From Methanobacteriota archaeon (GTDB lineage: Archaea; Thermoplasmatota; Poseidoniia; Poseidoniales; Thalassarchaeaceae), in NCBI GenBank assembly GCA_014240285.1, contig JAAZXI010000006.1:1-46419 (forward strand): a stretch of DNA of 46,419 nucleotides, read 5' to 3'. Made by a program: the position numbers and the translations under genes. The notes under the pieces are model-generated. The model worked only from the letters and a program-made list of their open reading frames with translations, did no database searches and had not been told where the DNA came from. Positions 8,355-17,775 of this stretch are shown in pieces (the stretch's first letter is position 1; the number at the start of each line of letters is the position of its first letter).

Positions 8355-8726
8355 ATGAATGGTAGAATGGAACTCAGGAAGAGTATCCTCGAGGACTCGG
8401 GGGTCTACAATCAGCGTGACCGGACTGTGAGGGTGGACCAGCTCAAGGAGGACAGGGCGGTAAGGAGTCTCAAAGTGCTGGTCCTCAGGAAGTACCCTCC
8501 CAGACTCGTCTCGAGTCGTAAGTGGACTGGTTGGGTAGCCGCAGCGTGCGGACGCGATGATACGGGTGTCGTCGGATTGGTCCTTTGGGACAAACAAATC
8601 GATTGGGTTGCAACTGGCGATGTGGTACTCATCCAGAACGGTTGGTGCAAGAGGAGGATGGGGGAGCGAGTGGTCTCGACGGGGCGCTCGGGGCGCCTTT
8701 CAGTAGCCGGAATTCAGTCACTCTGA
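8355..8726 (+). CDS. OB-fold nucleic-acid-binding protein (SSB/RPA-like single OB domain)
   Basis: The pattern ...AAACGRDDTGVVGLVLWDKQIDWVATGDVVLIQNGWCKRRMGERVVSTGRSGRL matches the common archaeal OB-fold layout (DxTG-hhh-LW...GD.V.I.NG...G...L..G..G.L). Confidence 0.55.
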   Translation: MNGRMELRKSILEDSGVYNQRDRTVRVDQLKEDRAVRSLKVLVLRKYPPRLVSSRKWTGWVAAACGRDDTGVVGLVLWDKQIDWVATGDVVLIQNGWCKRRMGERVVSTGRSGRLSVAGIQSL

Positions 8727-9170
8727 ATCCCGGTCATATGGCTCTATATTCTGCCACTCAGATGCATCAGACCTAGAGACGACTGCGTGTACCCATTCGG
8801 AATCTGAGCAGTTGAAAACCTCGTGTGGTAGGCCCGGCTCGATGTAGAACATGTCGCCCGCGCTATGCACCACTGACTTCCTACAACCAGGGCCGTACTC
8901 GTGACGGACACTGCCCTGCAGAAGATAGACCATGACATCGAAGCCAACGTGGATATGGGCCTTAGCGACCCCTCCGGGAGGGATGTATGCACGATTCATT
9001 GACAGCCCTGTAGAGGGGGTGTTCTTGCCGGACAGTCCGGGTGCGTACTCGATATTATTCCAGCCTCTAACTTTCTCCAATTGCCTGAGGCTCCATATCC
9101 CGCCCTCATCAGTCACGTAGCTACTCAAATCCTCTTGCTCTCCTGTCAGGCTAATCTCTCCCTCGCTCAT
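8718..9170 (-). CDS. Cupin-domain protein
   Basis: Two-motif cupin signature: G..KAHIHVGFDVMVYLLQG ... GDMFYIEPGLPHEV. The 3' end overlaps the convergent OB-fold gene by 9 nt. Confidence 0.7.
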   Translation of the reverse strand: MSEGEISLTGEQEDLSSYVTDEGGIWSLRQLEKVRGWNNIEYAPGLSGKNTPSTGLSMNRAYIPPGGVAKAHIHVGFDVMVYLLQGSVRHEYGPGCRKSVVHSAGDMFYIEPGLPHEVFNCSDSEWVHAVVSRSDASEWQNIEPYDRDSE

Positions 9171-9310
9171 ATTATCAAAGAACGGGAGACGGGAGACTGC
9201 TTTGAAATGTCCTCACGACTCTAATCGACCCACTGCAAGGATGTTGTAACCGCTTCCCTCGGTCAACGCTAAAAGGGGAGTGCGGTTCGGCGCGTCACCG
9301 GTGAACAGCA

Positions 9311-9478
9311 ATGTCAGGGAGAGCAGACTTCTGTGCATCATCGGGGCTGCCTCTAGTTGACAAGAGGAGTACCGCCTTCCCCTGCCCTGAGTGTGGTCAT
9401 TCGATTGGTCGCAGTGAGCAGTGCAGGGTGCAGGCTGTCAAGTACGTATGTCCTGAGTGTAGGTTCGAAGGACCTTGA
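9311..9478 (+). CDS. Small zinc-ribbon protein (55 aa; COG2888 / HVO_2753-like family that usually precedes aEF-1beta)
   Basis: Absent from the track because it is under 60 aa. ATG 9311, TGA 9476..9478: MSGRADFCASSGLPLVDKRSTAFPCPECGHSIGRSEQCRVQAVKYVCPECRFEGP. Contains CPECG ... CPECRFEGP. GGTGA lies 9 nt upstream. It ends 15 nt before the aEF-1beta ATG. Confidence 0.65.
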   Translation: MSGRADFCASSGLPLVDKRSTAFPCPECGHSIGRSEQCRVQAVKYVCPECRFEGP

Positions 9479-9493
9479 TTGTGAGGTGAGTGA

Positions 9494-9760
9494 ATGGGGC
9501 ACGTCGTTGTGAAATACAAGGTCACTATCGATCAACCCGAGAACGGCACTCCTGACTACGATGGAATAGCCGGCCAGATAGACGGTTTCGCAGAGGTCCA
9601 AGCTGTAGAGGTCAAACCTCTGGCCTTCGGCATGATGTTTATCGAGGTCCAAGTGGTCCTCGGAGAGGGTGAAGGAATCGTCGACGGTTTCGAGGATAGG
9701 GTCAGAGGAATTGATCCACTAGTGGGCCAGATAGAGGCTCTTGAGATGGGTCGTCTCTGA
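9494..9760 (+). CDS. Translation elongation factor aEF-1 beta
   Basis: 88 aa with an MGxVVV..KV start. Also has ...PLAFGMMFIEVQVV..EGEG......I..V..IE......RL, typical of aEF-1beta. A strong GAGGTGA SD lies 6 nt upstream. Confidence 0.85.
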   Translation: MGHVVVKYKVTIDQPENGTPDYDGIAGQIDGFAEVQAVEVKPLAFGMMFIEVQVVLGEGEGIVDGFEDRVRGIDPLVGQIEALEMGRL

Positions 9761-9761
9761 T

Positions 9762-11159
9762 TCAATAGTGGTCTAACGGGGACTTCATCAGTTCTCGCAT
9801 GAGCACTGTAGCATAGGTTCCGGGTGGAAGCTCGAACCTCAACCTGAGACTAGCGCCATCGGAGTGCCACCGGTCTGTGTCGCCCGGACCTCTCTCCCAC
9901 TTCTCAGAGGTTGAGGAGTCTGGGAGTTCGGGAGCCTCCTCAACCGAGAACGAGCGGAAGGGCACTGCAAGCGGCCTGCGTGTCCCTGAGGAGGTCAGGC
10001 GGGGGATTCTCGGAACGTTCCAATCTACATCCACCAAACCGGTGTCCTCGAGTGCTCGGTGCTCAATCTCGCCAGGCTGACCCTGTGCGAAAACCGCACT
10101 TCCCCCTGGCAGCGGGCCGGTCACTGCCAGTCTGCCCAATCTGCAGTTGCGTCTGCATCTCTCAAGATTAGACTCGCTGACTATGGCCATCTTGGAAACG
10201 TCAATTCTCCCGTTAGCCTGCATCGGGGCAACCAAGTCACCTAGCTCAGGCTCTACGAGCGAGAGTCCTGATGCTAGGCGCCCAGCCAGTGCATGATTGA
10301 AAGTTAGCGACTGCAGAGAGTGTATAGTCAGAAGCTGTAAGGAATGAGGTAGGCTCTTGTAAGCGCCAAGCCAATTCTCGGGGTCCTTCGTCAGCCTCTC
10401 GAGCATGCCTCTCTCGTAGCCCAAGTAACCGGGTATGATCTCCAAGCAGCTCTGGGGGTCCTCGGTCTTGCGCCACATGGCCCTGAAAGCTGCCGCATCC
10501 TCGGACGAGTTGTGCCCTGACATTCCCAGATACAAGTTGCAAGCGCCCTTGTAGTCGTCCTCGATTACTGCCCTCCCCACTTCTGGAGTGACTGGCCTAG
10601 TCGCGCCGAATCTCTGCGGGCCAATCCAATTGGGGAATGCGTCGGCCCTCATCCTCTCGGACATGCTCGACTGCATCACTCTGACTCTTCTCATAGCCTC
10701 CTTACCATCAATCGGACTGCCGTCCAAATCGCAGCATCCTCGGACGGTGATGGTGAACCTGTTTCCATCGTGGTCGCTCATTCCTATCTTCTGATGAGTC
10801 CTGCCGAGAACCTCGATTGTCGAGTCGGCAATACCAACCCGTTCCACCTTGGATTGGGGGGAGTCAATGACTAAGATTTGTGTCGTCACGGCTCGCTTGT
10901 CCTTCATTCCAGAGGAGAATACCCTCTTTCGACTGATTCCACATGCCCTTGCCAGACGATTGAGGTATCGATTAGTCTCCCAGTTGTTCAGAGTAGCTCG
11001 CACGACCGTAAATCTGCCCTTGGGATCGAGCGCGGGGATTCGCGCAATCTCCTCGACCCTGAAATCCTCTACCCTAACTTTCAGTACGCCGCCAATCCCC
11101 TCGCCATCCGCAGACCAGCCAGTCAGTCCCAGATGCTCCTCCACAGAGCTGATGGTCAA
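9762..11159 (-). CDS. truD: tRNA pseudouridine(13) synthase TruD/Pus7 family
   Basis: Carries FRVEEI and GMKDKRAVTTQ motifs. The longest ORF starts at GTG 11240 but would overlap rpoL by 68 nt. TTG 11159 (14 nt after the rpoL stop) or GTG 11144 are more plausible; the start is uncertain. Confidence 0.8.
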   Translation of the reverse strand: MTISSVEEHLGLTGWSADGEGIGGVLKVRVEDFRVEEIARIPALDPKGRFTVVRATLNNWETNRYLNRLARACGISRKRVFSSGMKDKRAVTTQILVIDSPQSKVERVGIADSTIEVLGRTHQKIGMSDHDGNRFTITVRGCCDLDGSPIDGKEAMRRVRVMQSSMSERMRADAFPNWIGPQRFGATRPVTPEVGRAVIEDDYKGACNLYLGMSGHNSSEDAAAFRAMWRKTEDPQSCLEIIPGYLGYERGMLERLTKDPENWLGAYKSLPHSLQLLTIHSLQSLTFNHALAGRLASGLSLVEPELGDLVAPMQANGRIDVSKMAIVSESNLERCRRNCRLGRLAVTGPLPGGSAVFAQGQPGEIEHRALEDTGLVDVDWNVPRIPRLTSSGTRRPLAVPFRSFSVEEAPELPDSSTSEKWERGPGDTDRWHSDGASLRLRFELPPGTYATVLMRELMKSPLDHY

Positions 11160-11172
11160 ACCCTCACCGCCT

Positions 11173-11430
11173 TCACAGCTTGAGCTTTGAGAGATCCTTC
11201 GAGATTCCTGAGCACAGACTCTTGAACACCTTCTCAGCACTCTTGCCCTTGACTGTCCTGAGATAGAGTTCCGGTTCGTCGAGATCGGGGTGGTTCTGGA
11301 AGTAGTTTGAGTACTCGACGTCCTTGCTGCTGTTGAGTCTGGAGCGGAACAACTGCAGAGTCGTGTGGCTCTCCCCTATCATTCGCAGCCGTAGTTCGCG
11401 ACCTTCGTTCATTAGTACCTTGATTGGCAT
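11173..11430 (-). CDS. rpoL: DNA-directed RNA polymerase subunit L (Rpo11)
   Basis: 85 aa. GESHTTLQLFRSRL......VEYSNYFQNHPDLDEPELYLRT matches the RpoL/Rpb11 pattern (GExHT..N.LR..L...V.fa.Y...HP). Confidence 0.8.
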   Translation of the reverse strand: MPIKVLMNEGRELRLRMIGESHTTLQLFRSRLNSSKDVEYSNYFQNHPDLDEPELYLRTVKGKSAEKVFKSLCSGISKDLSKLKL

Positions 11431-11510
11431 GACAGCCGCCCGACCGGCCCTTCCCTTTTGAGGGCTTTCATATTCATGTTGGACCCCCTAGGGTCCAAGC
11501 AGAGCCTAAG

Positions 11511-11517
11511 TTATACA
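11511..11517 (+). promoter_or_regulatory. TATA-like box, implying a leaderless transcript for the second exporter
   Basis: TTATACA is centred 25 nt upstream of the ATG at 11539. Confidence 0.3.
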
Positions 11518-11538
11518 TGGGGTGGTTTTGGCCGCGGC

Positions 11539-14136
11539 ATGGCGAATGGGGACTCGGTCTCTGAGCCTCTAGTAAGGGCATTTGAGAAATCCGCCCTCCC
11601 GATAGTGGTGCTGAGTGTCCTTTTCACCGCTGCAATGGCTCAGGTCCTACTGGAGTTCCCTGGATTCACCACTGACATAGCCTCCTTCGCTCCCGAGACT
11701 GAGTCAGATGCCGCTGAGGACAGGATCGACGGAGTCATGCAAGCCTCCCCTCATCTGATCTATATCAACGTCGAACCGTACGACCAAGCGACTGACGGAA
11801 CCAACTCGTGCGAAAACGCGCCCTGTAACGTCCTAGAGATTGCTGCGCTGCAGCAACTGTCGGACGACCTAGATCGGATTGAGAATTTCTCACAGGCCAA
11901 TCGCGGATTCATCATAGCCCACATCAATGCCGCGGGAATGCTTGAGAGTGCCCTTGAGGAGAGGGACGATCAAGGCCGCAGTCTGGATGACTTCACAGAT
12001 TGGGAGGATCTGCTCGGAGCGGTTAGCGGGGGCGAGAGGTGCTCGGATGCGATAGGGAACGAACAGGCCATCGCATCGGCTTCTTTCGCTGCTTCTGCAA
12101 TGCTCCATGAAGACCTAGACTATGCGCCTGTGTGCGAATGGCTGGACAGTGGTGAGGGAGACCCGACACCTTCTGCTTCGAGCACGATGTGGGTAATCGA
12201 GATTAGTGGGGAAATCAGTGATGATCAGCGGCGAGAGAAGGCCTCTACAATCAGGGCCCTGCTGACAGCGAAGCATCCGCTAGGGGAGAGTTCCTTGCTG
12301 GCCTATGGAGTCATCTCTGACGATCTGATCAGTCATGATATCAACCAGTCGACAATGGACAATCTGGTATGGCTTCTGCTCATCGCTGTGATGGTGGTGG
12401 TGGCCCTCCTAGCTATCGCCTTCCGTTCTTTCATGATGGTAGCAGCTCCCCTTCTAGGGCTGTCTGCCGCTTTGGTCTGGACATATGGCATCGTTACTAT
12501 GCTGGGAATGCGGATGTCAGTCCTCGAGATTGCAGTTGCTCCTGTGGTCCTCGGATTGGGCATCGACTACTCGATTCACTTACAACGAGGCTACGAATTT
12601 GCCAAGAAGCGTCCTATAAGCGCTGCCAGGGCATGGATTGAATCGTTCTCCGTACTGCGGCTTGCCCTGTCTCTGGCAGTAGTTACCACGGTATTCGCAT
12701 TCCTCGCCAACATGTCATCTGAGCTTCCGCCTCTGAGGACCTTCGGATTCACCTTAGCCCTAGGGGTTGTTTCGGCGTTCGTTGCCAGCACCGTCACCGT
12801 AGGTGCGGTGCACATCGTTGTCGAGAAGAGTGCGGGGGAAATGCGTCACAGAGGCCTCCAGATGAACAGGTCAGCTGACCTCGCGACGCGATTTCAGAGG
12901 AGGAATACCGCTAGGGTCCTGCTGATAGTGGCGATGATTACCATGGGCTCGGTGATTGTGGCCATAAGGGAGCTTGATACCAGTTTCGAACTGACTGATT
13001 TCCTCTCAGAGGATGGGATGGAGATTATGGAGGTGAGGAATGACATCTACGACTCTTACGATGCCGCGGCTTGGAAGTCGGTGATTATACTCGTAGAACC
13101 AGCGACCGGGGAAGACGCCCTGACTGGGGAGAGAGACCTGATGAAGGGTTTAGGATTCTTTGATGGCAGGATCTCAGGACTTCCTGAAGTCGTCAACCCG
13201 ACCAATACTGGGGCTCAGCGTCCATCTTATGATGGACTCTATCCCATTCTGAGAGATGCTGTCGAGAATGACCCGATGCTTGGAGAGTCTTTTCACCTAG
13301 GGATTTTCAGTGGTCAACTGGGCGTCGCAGACGGGTTCGAGGAGGGGGATCTGACCGCTGCTGTGACGTCTCTGCTTGGCAACGACTCGATTGGCGACCC
13401 CCTGAGAGGGCACACTTGGGCCGAGAGGACTGCGATGCACGTAGCTCTGACAGAGGAGGGGGAGTCAATCAGGTTCCTCAAGATGCGGGTTGACGTGTTA
13501 GTCAGAACCAGTGAGGAGGCACAAGAAGTGGCGGAAGTCTTCTTGAAACAGGCCCAATTGCTCGAGGATGATGGCCTGATTGGTGGCGAGGTCTACATCA
13601 CAGGAGATGTCGTAGTCCTGAACAACGTGCTCTCGGGATTAGTGCTTTCACAGGTCGAATCAACGGCTATCAGCCTATTCGTATCGATGCTGGTGCTGGT
13701 GCTGTTGACTAGAAGACTGGGTCAGTCACTAGTCGTAATTCTTCCCGTCGGCCTCGCCGGAGCCTGGGTAGTTGGTGCGATGGCGATGCTCGGAATCAAC
13801 TGGAACGTACTCACAATCATGATCACCGCACTGACCATCGGACTGGGTATCGACTACTCAATCCACGTTTGGAGGAGGATAGAGGCAAACAGGAACTCGG
13901 GCATGGGGACGTGGGAGGCGATGCGGAACATGTACTCGACAACGGGGACTGCTCTCCTGCTCTCCGCTGGAACCACGATTTGTGGTTTCATGGTTCTGCT
14001 GCTGTCGCCCATCCCGGTCATCCAGGACTTCGGCATAGTGAGCTCGATATCCGTGCTGTTCTCGTTGGTGATGGCGCTGCTAGTATTGCCCGGCTTGCTT
14101 GCCGCCGAGTTCCGCACCTCTAACGGCTACTCTTAA
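11539..14136 (+). CDS. MMPL/RND-superfamily exporter, second paralogue
   Basis: Duplicated GLGIDYSIH motif (GLGIDYSIHLQRGYE; GLGIDYSIHVWRRIE) and two TM bundles, each after a large loop. The track start (TTG 11458) was trimmed to ATG 11539 (MANGDSVSEP...), which has the TATA-like box at -25. Confidence 0.8.
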   Translation: MANGDSVSEPLVRAFEKSALPIVVLSVLFTAAMAQVLLEFPGFTTDIASFAPETESDAAEDRIDGVMQASPHLIYINVEPYDQATDGTNSCENAPCNVLEIAALQQLSDDLDRIENFSQANRGFIIAHINAAGMLESALEERDDQGRSLDDFTDWEDLLGAVSGGERCSDAIGNEQAIASASFAASAMLHEDLDYAPVCEWLDSGEGDPTPSASSTMWVIEISGEISDDQRREKASTIRALLTAKHPLGESSLLAYGVISDDLISHDINQSTMDNLVWLLLIAVMVVVALLAIAFRSFMMVAAPLLGLSAALVWTYGIVTMLGMRMSVLEIAVAPVVLGLGIDYSIHLQRGYEFAKKRPISAARAWIESFSVLRLALSLAVVTTVFAFLANMSSELPPLRTFGFTLALGVVSAFVASTVTVGAVHIVVEKSAGEMRHRGLQMNRSADLATRFQRRNTARVLLIVAMITMGSVIVAIRELDTSFELTDFLSEDGMEIMEVRNDIYDSYDAAAWKSVIILVEPATGEDALTGERDLMKGLGFFDGRISGLPEVVNPTNTGAQRPSYDGLYPILRDAVENDPMLGESFHLGIFSGQLGVADGFEEGDLTAAVTSLLGNDSIGDPLRGHTWAERTAMHVALTEEGESIRFLKMRVDVLVRTSEEAQEVAEVFLKQAQLLEDDGLIGGEVYITGDVVVLNNVLSGLVLSQVESTAISLFVSMLVLVLLTRRLGQSLVVILPVGLAGAWVVGAMAMLGINWNVLTIMITALTIGLGIDYSIHVWRRIEANRNSGMGTWEAMRNMYSTTGTALLLSAGTTICGFMVLLLSPIPVIQDFGIVSSISVLFSLVMALLVLPGLLAAEFRTSNGYS

Positions 14137-14727
14137 TCAGGCCTCGATAGCCGTGGTCACATCGTGCATGTCAAGACCCTGTTCTCTGGCCACCAAAGCC
14201 AGAGCCATCCACAGAGTGACCGGCCCCAGTGCCCGACGCTTCCTCTGTGCCCTTCGCATAACCTCCTTGTTCTCAAGGGCTGATTTGTCCGCAATCATCC
14301 CAATCAACTGTGGTATTGAGCCCTCGGCCCGGTCAGGAGGGAGGTTGCTGGGGGTCGGATCAGAGATTCGAGGCATGGGCTTGGGCTCATCCACAATCCT
14401 CGTAACCTCCGGGGCGGGAGCGGGCAAGGCCGGTGGCACCTGCTGGAACTCAGAGAGACCCATTAAGCTTCGAAGAGTCGGTTGCCAGCCCAGCGGAGGT
14501 CGCGAGAGCTCGAGGCCATAGGAAGGGGCTAGTCTGCCTTCTGACTCGGTCAGCCAGCCACCCTTGGTCAGGGCTACCACTACCTCATCCGCATCCCCGG
14601 GAGTGAACCACTGCAGCTCCAAAGACCAGATGCGCGACAGCTCACCGCGAGAGGCCGCGCCTCCTGACAACCCCTCCAGACTGATGTACAGCAGGTGACA
14701 GACGTCCTGCTGGTGGTCGTTTTCCAT
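14137..14727 (-). CDS. Hypothetical two-domain protein with a proline-rich linker (archaeal; possibly DUF2240-like, unverified)
   Basis: 196 aa with an ATG start. The N-terminal domain looks winged-helix-like. The linker reads QQVPPALPAPAPEV...PKPMPRISDPTPSNLPPD. The C-terminal domain is helical and basic. Its stop abuts the exporter stop with a 0-nt gap. Confidence 0.55.
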   Translation of the reverse strand: MENDHQQDVCHLLYISLEGLSGGAASRGELSRIWSLELQWFTPGDADEVVVALTKGGWLTESEGRLAPSYGLELSRPPLGWQPTLRSLMGLSEFQQVPPALPAPAPEVTRIVDEPKPMPRISDPTPSNLPPDRAEGSIPQLIGMIADKSALENKEVMRRAQRKRRALGPVTLWMALALVAREQGLDMHDVTTAIEA

Positions 14728-14840
14728 ATCTCCCTCGGAGCATTAACAGATGAAGGAGACGCTTGATGCTTGCCTCCCTGGTAAGAGCAAAAAAAACACT
14801 CCATTCAAGAAGGGTGGCGGTATGCGCGGGCCGAGGCAAC

Positions 14841-16052
14841 ATGGCGAGAGATTACGTCGCACACAATCCGCGCACTGGGAAGGCGATTAGTCGCCGGGGT
14901 CCAGTTGCGGATGTGGACATCCGGGGGATGCTGCCTGTGGACGGCATGTGGATGAGGATTCCCGTGCATGAAATACTACCTCTGGCGCGAGGTGCCTCGG
15001 ACGGGCTGCAAATCCCTCGCAGCCAAGGAGGGGGCTTTGCTCGAAGGGTCGATGCCCTCCATGCCCTGCATCGCGTGATGCAGAGCCAAATCGAAGACGC
15101 TCACGGGGTTTTGCTTGATGCACTGGACGATGATGAGAGCGACAACAGAGTAGCCGCTCTTGGTGTCCTCCCTGCGTTCGCTCTGAAGAGGCATGACGGC
15201 CTGCTGCAGTGCCTGTCCGACAGATTGTTGGACGAAGACCCCCGTGTAGAGAAGGCAGCACGCGACTGCCTGCTGAAGGTCGCGCCGGTATTCCCCTCGG
15301 GCTGCGAGGAGATACTGAGGCGGGAGTTGCGCGATCAGCAGCAGGATCGCAGGGCCAACGCCTTCGAAGCGCTGCGCCGTACTGCAGCGGGTTGGCCAGA
15401 GGCGGGCTGCCTACACCTCGACGAGTTGATACGCGAGGAGGATAGGGACCTACGCAGGCGTGGCTCGAAGATTTTGCGCACCATTGCTTCCAACGCCGGA
15501 GCCACCGGATGGGACCTGATAGGATGGTCCCTAGAGGACGAGGACGCTATAGTCAGGAGAAATGCTTCTAACACGCTCATAACCCTCGCCAACAATGAAC
15601 CAGCGATAGCCACCATTTTCATCGAAGGAGCGATGCTTGACGAAGACGATGGGGTCAGGAAGTCCGTCATCAGGGCACTCAAGAAGCTAGACATGCAGAA
15701 CCCGCGTGTCAACAAGATGGTGATTGACGGAGCCAGAAGCAGGGACTACAACCTGCGCAAGGCCTGTATCGAACACCTCTCCATAATCATGAGCGGGGGG
15801 GCGTTAAGGGACGCGGCTTCCGAGTTGCTCAAACAGGAGACTCGTTCTGATCTGCAGAAGAAACTGAGGGCGCTTTCTAGAGATGTGGAGATGGAGGGAA
15901 CTGAGGACGAGAAGAATCGCTTCCTAGCCCCTCTGGAGAGGGTCGACCCCCCTTCAGATGAAATTGACGCACCGCGTAGCGGTGATTCGTATACCAAGGG
16001 TGAACATGATAAACAGCAGTCAGGTCGGCCGCACAGCGAGGACCGAGCATGA
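14841..16052 (+). CDS. HEAT-repeat (PBS-lyase-type) protein
   Basis: At least 6 repeats of the D..VR..A...L type (DPRVEKAARDCLLKV, DRDLRRRGSKILRTI, DAIVRRNASNTLITL, DDGVRKSVIRALKKL, DYNLRKACIEHLSII). ATG 14841 (GAGG 6 nt upstream) is preferred over TTG 14763 / ATG 14766, which would put an A8 tract in the coding region. The start is uncertain. Confidence 0.7.
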   Translation: MARDYVAHNPRTGKAISRRGPVADVDIRGMLPVDGMWMRIPVHEILPLARGASDGLQIPRSQGGGFARRVDALHALHRVMQSQIEDAHGVLLDALDDDESDNRVAALGVLPAFALKRHDGLLQCLSDRLLDEDPRVEKAARDCLLKVAPVFPSGCEEILRRELRDQQQDRRANAFEALRRTAAGWPEAGCLHLDELIREEDRDLRRRGSKILRTIASNAGATGWDLIGWSLEDEDAIVRRNASNTLITLANNEPAIATIFIEGAMLDEDDGVRKSVIRALKKLDMQNPRVNKMVIDGARSRDYNLRKACIEHLSIIMSGGALRDAASELLKQETRSDLQKKLRALSRDVEMEGTEDEKNRFLAPLERVDPPSDEIDAPRSGDSYTKGEHDKQQSGRPHSEDRA

Positions 16053-16333
16053 GCGAGGAGTTCGATGACAAGCTTGAGCGGTTCGAGCGGCTTTGGGACG
16101 GTGTGACTCCTAAGGGCATCAACCGGAGCAAGTCAATTAAGTTCAGGCAGTATATGCGCCAGCACGTCCTGCAGAAGTTCCACAAGAGGCAGAAGAGCCA
16201 GTGGGCGACTGCTGACAAGGGACATTTCAACCACAGTTTTTCGAGCAAGGATCAGTTTCTCACGAAGCAGAACTGCCGCAAGTACTGGATGGGCGAGCTG
16301 CAGAAGGAAATCCGCGATTCGGAAACCTTCTGA
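16049..16333 (+). CDS. Small basic hypothetical protein (94 aa)
   Basis: Its ATG overlaps the HEAT gene stop (ATGA), and the DEAD-box gene follows 9 nt downstream. No family recognised. Confidence 0.45.
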   Translation: MSEEFDDKLERFERLWDGVTPKGINRSKSIKFRQYMRQHVLQKFHKRQKSQWATADKGHFNHSFSSKDQFLTKQNCRKYWMGELQKEIRDSETF

Positions 16334-16342
16334 GGCGATACC

Positions 16343-17767
16343 ATGAATTCAGCGACAGTCAGCTTCGCGTCTTGGGACCTACAGGCCCCTATCGCGAAGG
16401 CCATAGAAGCGAATGGTTGGACGGAGCCGACCGAGATTCAGAGGGAGGCCATCCCCATAGCGAGACAGGGTTTGGATGTGGTCGGCCAGGCACGTACCGG
16501 ATCCGGTAAGACCGGGGCTTTCGGCATACCAATCCTAGAGAAGTGCACACCTCGAGGAGAGCCGCAGGCAATCGTGCTCTGTCCGACCAGAGAGCTGGCA
16601 GTGCAAGTAGCAGAAGAGATGGATTCGCTGCAGGGCGAGAAAGGATTGTCAATACAGACCGTCTACGGCGGCACAGACCTAGAGAAACAGGCAAAGAGGC
16701 TCAATCAGGGTGCCGACATAGTGGTCGGGACCCCGGGTCGCGTCATCGACATGACCAAACGAGGGCATCTTAATCTCGAGGGAATCAGCCTGTTCTGCCT
16801 CGATGAGGCTGATCGGATGCTCGACATGGGATTTTTCCCAGACGTCCTCTGGATTTTTGAGCAAACACCCAACAGAGAGCAAACCATGTTGTTCAGCGCA
16901 ACCTTTCCGCAAGAAGTACTGGACGCGGCTGACGAATTCATGTCAGACCCGTTCCATGTGATGAGCGATGACATGGAGGTCGAAATACCTGAAATCGAAC
17001 AGTATGCAATCAAGATCGGTAGGGCGAACAAACTCTGGGCGCTCGGTCGCATCATAAGCCAAATGGGCGACGACGACCAGATGCTTGTATTTGCCAATAC
17101 CAAGCGAATGGTCGATATTCTCTCAGAGAGGCTCGGTAAATTCAGAATCAGGGCAATTGGACTTCACGGCGACCTCGCGCAAGGCAAGAGAGAGAAGATA
17201 ATCAATTCTTTCAAACAAGGTCAGGAGAGCATTGTCGTCGCTACAGATGTAGCGGCGCGTGGACTGGATGTGGATGGCATCACCCATGTCGTGAACTATG
17301 ACCTCCCTGATGACACGGAGTCCTATGTTCACAGAATAGGGAGAACTGGCAGGATGGGCAGGAAAGGCGAGGCATGGAGTTTCGTAACTCGCGAGGATCA
17401 GTCCCAGATCGAGAAGATTTCCTCGACTTGGAACATGGATATCCCCGTCGTCGACGCACCACCACTTCCAGAAGACGTCAACAGAGACCTCATTGGAAAG
17501 AGAGAGGATTGGGAAGAGGTGTCTGACGTATTCGGTATGGTAACAATTAGGCTCTCAATAGGTAAGTCAGACTCCACCAAGCACGCGCTTGCTGACTGGA
17601 TAACTAAGCAGGCACGAGTTCCCGACATAGTAATTGGAGAGATCTCACAGAGCGACGATGAGACTGAGGTCGAGATACACGTCGAGAAGGTTGCCTACGT
17701 CATCGACGTTATCAAGGCGAGGGAATTCAATGGCAGGTCTCTGACCCCGACCATCGTGGGCACCTAG
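16343..17767 (+). CDS. DEAD-box ATP-dependent RNA helicase with a DbpA-like C-terminal RNA-binding domain
   Basis: Q-motif region plus ARTGSGKTGAF, PTRELA, DEAD, SAT and HRIGRTGR. The C-terminal ~75 aa (VTIRLSIGKSDS...VEIHVEKV) resembles the DbpA/YxiN RBD. Confidence 0.9.
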   Translation: MNSATVSFASWDLQAPIAKAIEANGWTEPTEIQREAIPIARQGLDVVGQARTGSGKTGAFGIPILEKCTPRGEPQAIVLCPTRELAVQVAEEMDSLQGEKGLSIQTVYGGTDLEKQAKRLNQGADIVVGTPGRVIDMTKRGHLNLEGISLFCLDEADRMLDMGFFPDVLWIFEQTPNREQTMLFSATFPQEVLDAADEFMSDPFHVMSDDMEVEIPEIEQYAIKIGRANKLWALGRIISQMGDDDQMLVFANTKRMVDILSERLGKFRIRAIGLHGDLAQGKREKIINSFKQGQESIVVATDVAARGLDVDGITHVVNYDLPDDTESYVHRIGRTGRMGRKGEAWSFVTREDQSQIEKISSTWNMDIPVVDAPPLPEDVNRDLIGKREDWEEVSDVFGMVTIRLSIGKSDSTKHALADWITKQARVPDIVIGEISQSDDETEVEIHVEKVAYVIDVIKAREFNGRSLTPTIVGT

Positions 17768-17775
17768 GTGGGATT

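Noticed and set aside
9184-9197. Tandem GGGAGAC GGGAGAC just upstream of the cupin start
   Set aside because: It is two copies of a 7-mer only. On the cupin mRNA strand it reads GTCTCCC, which is not SD-like, so no functional inference is possible.
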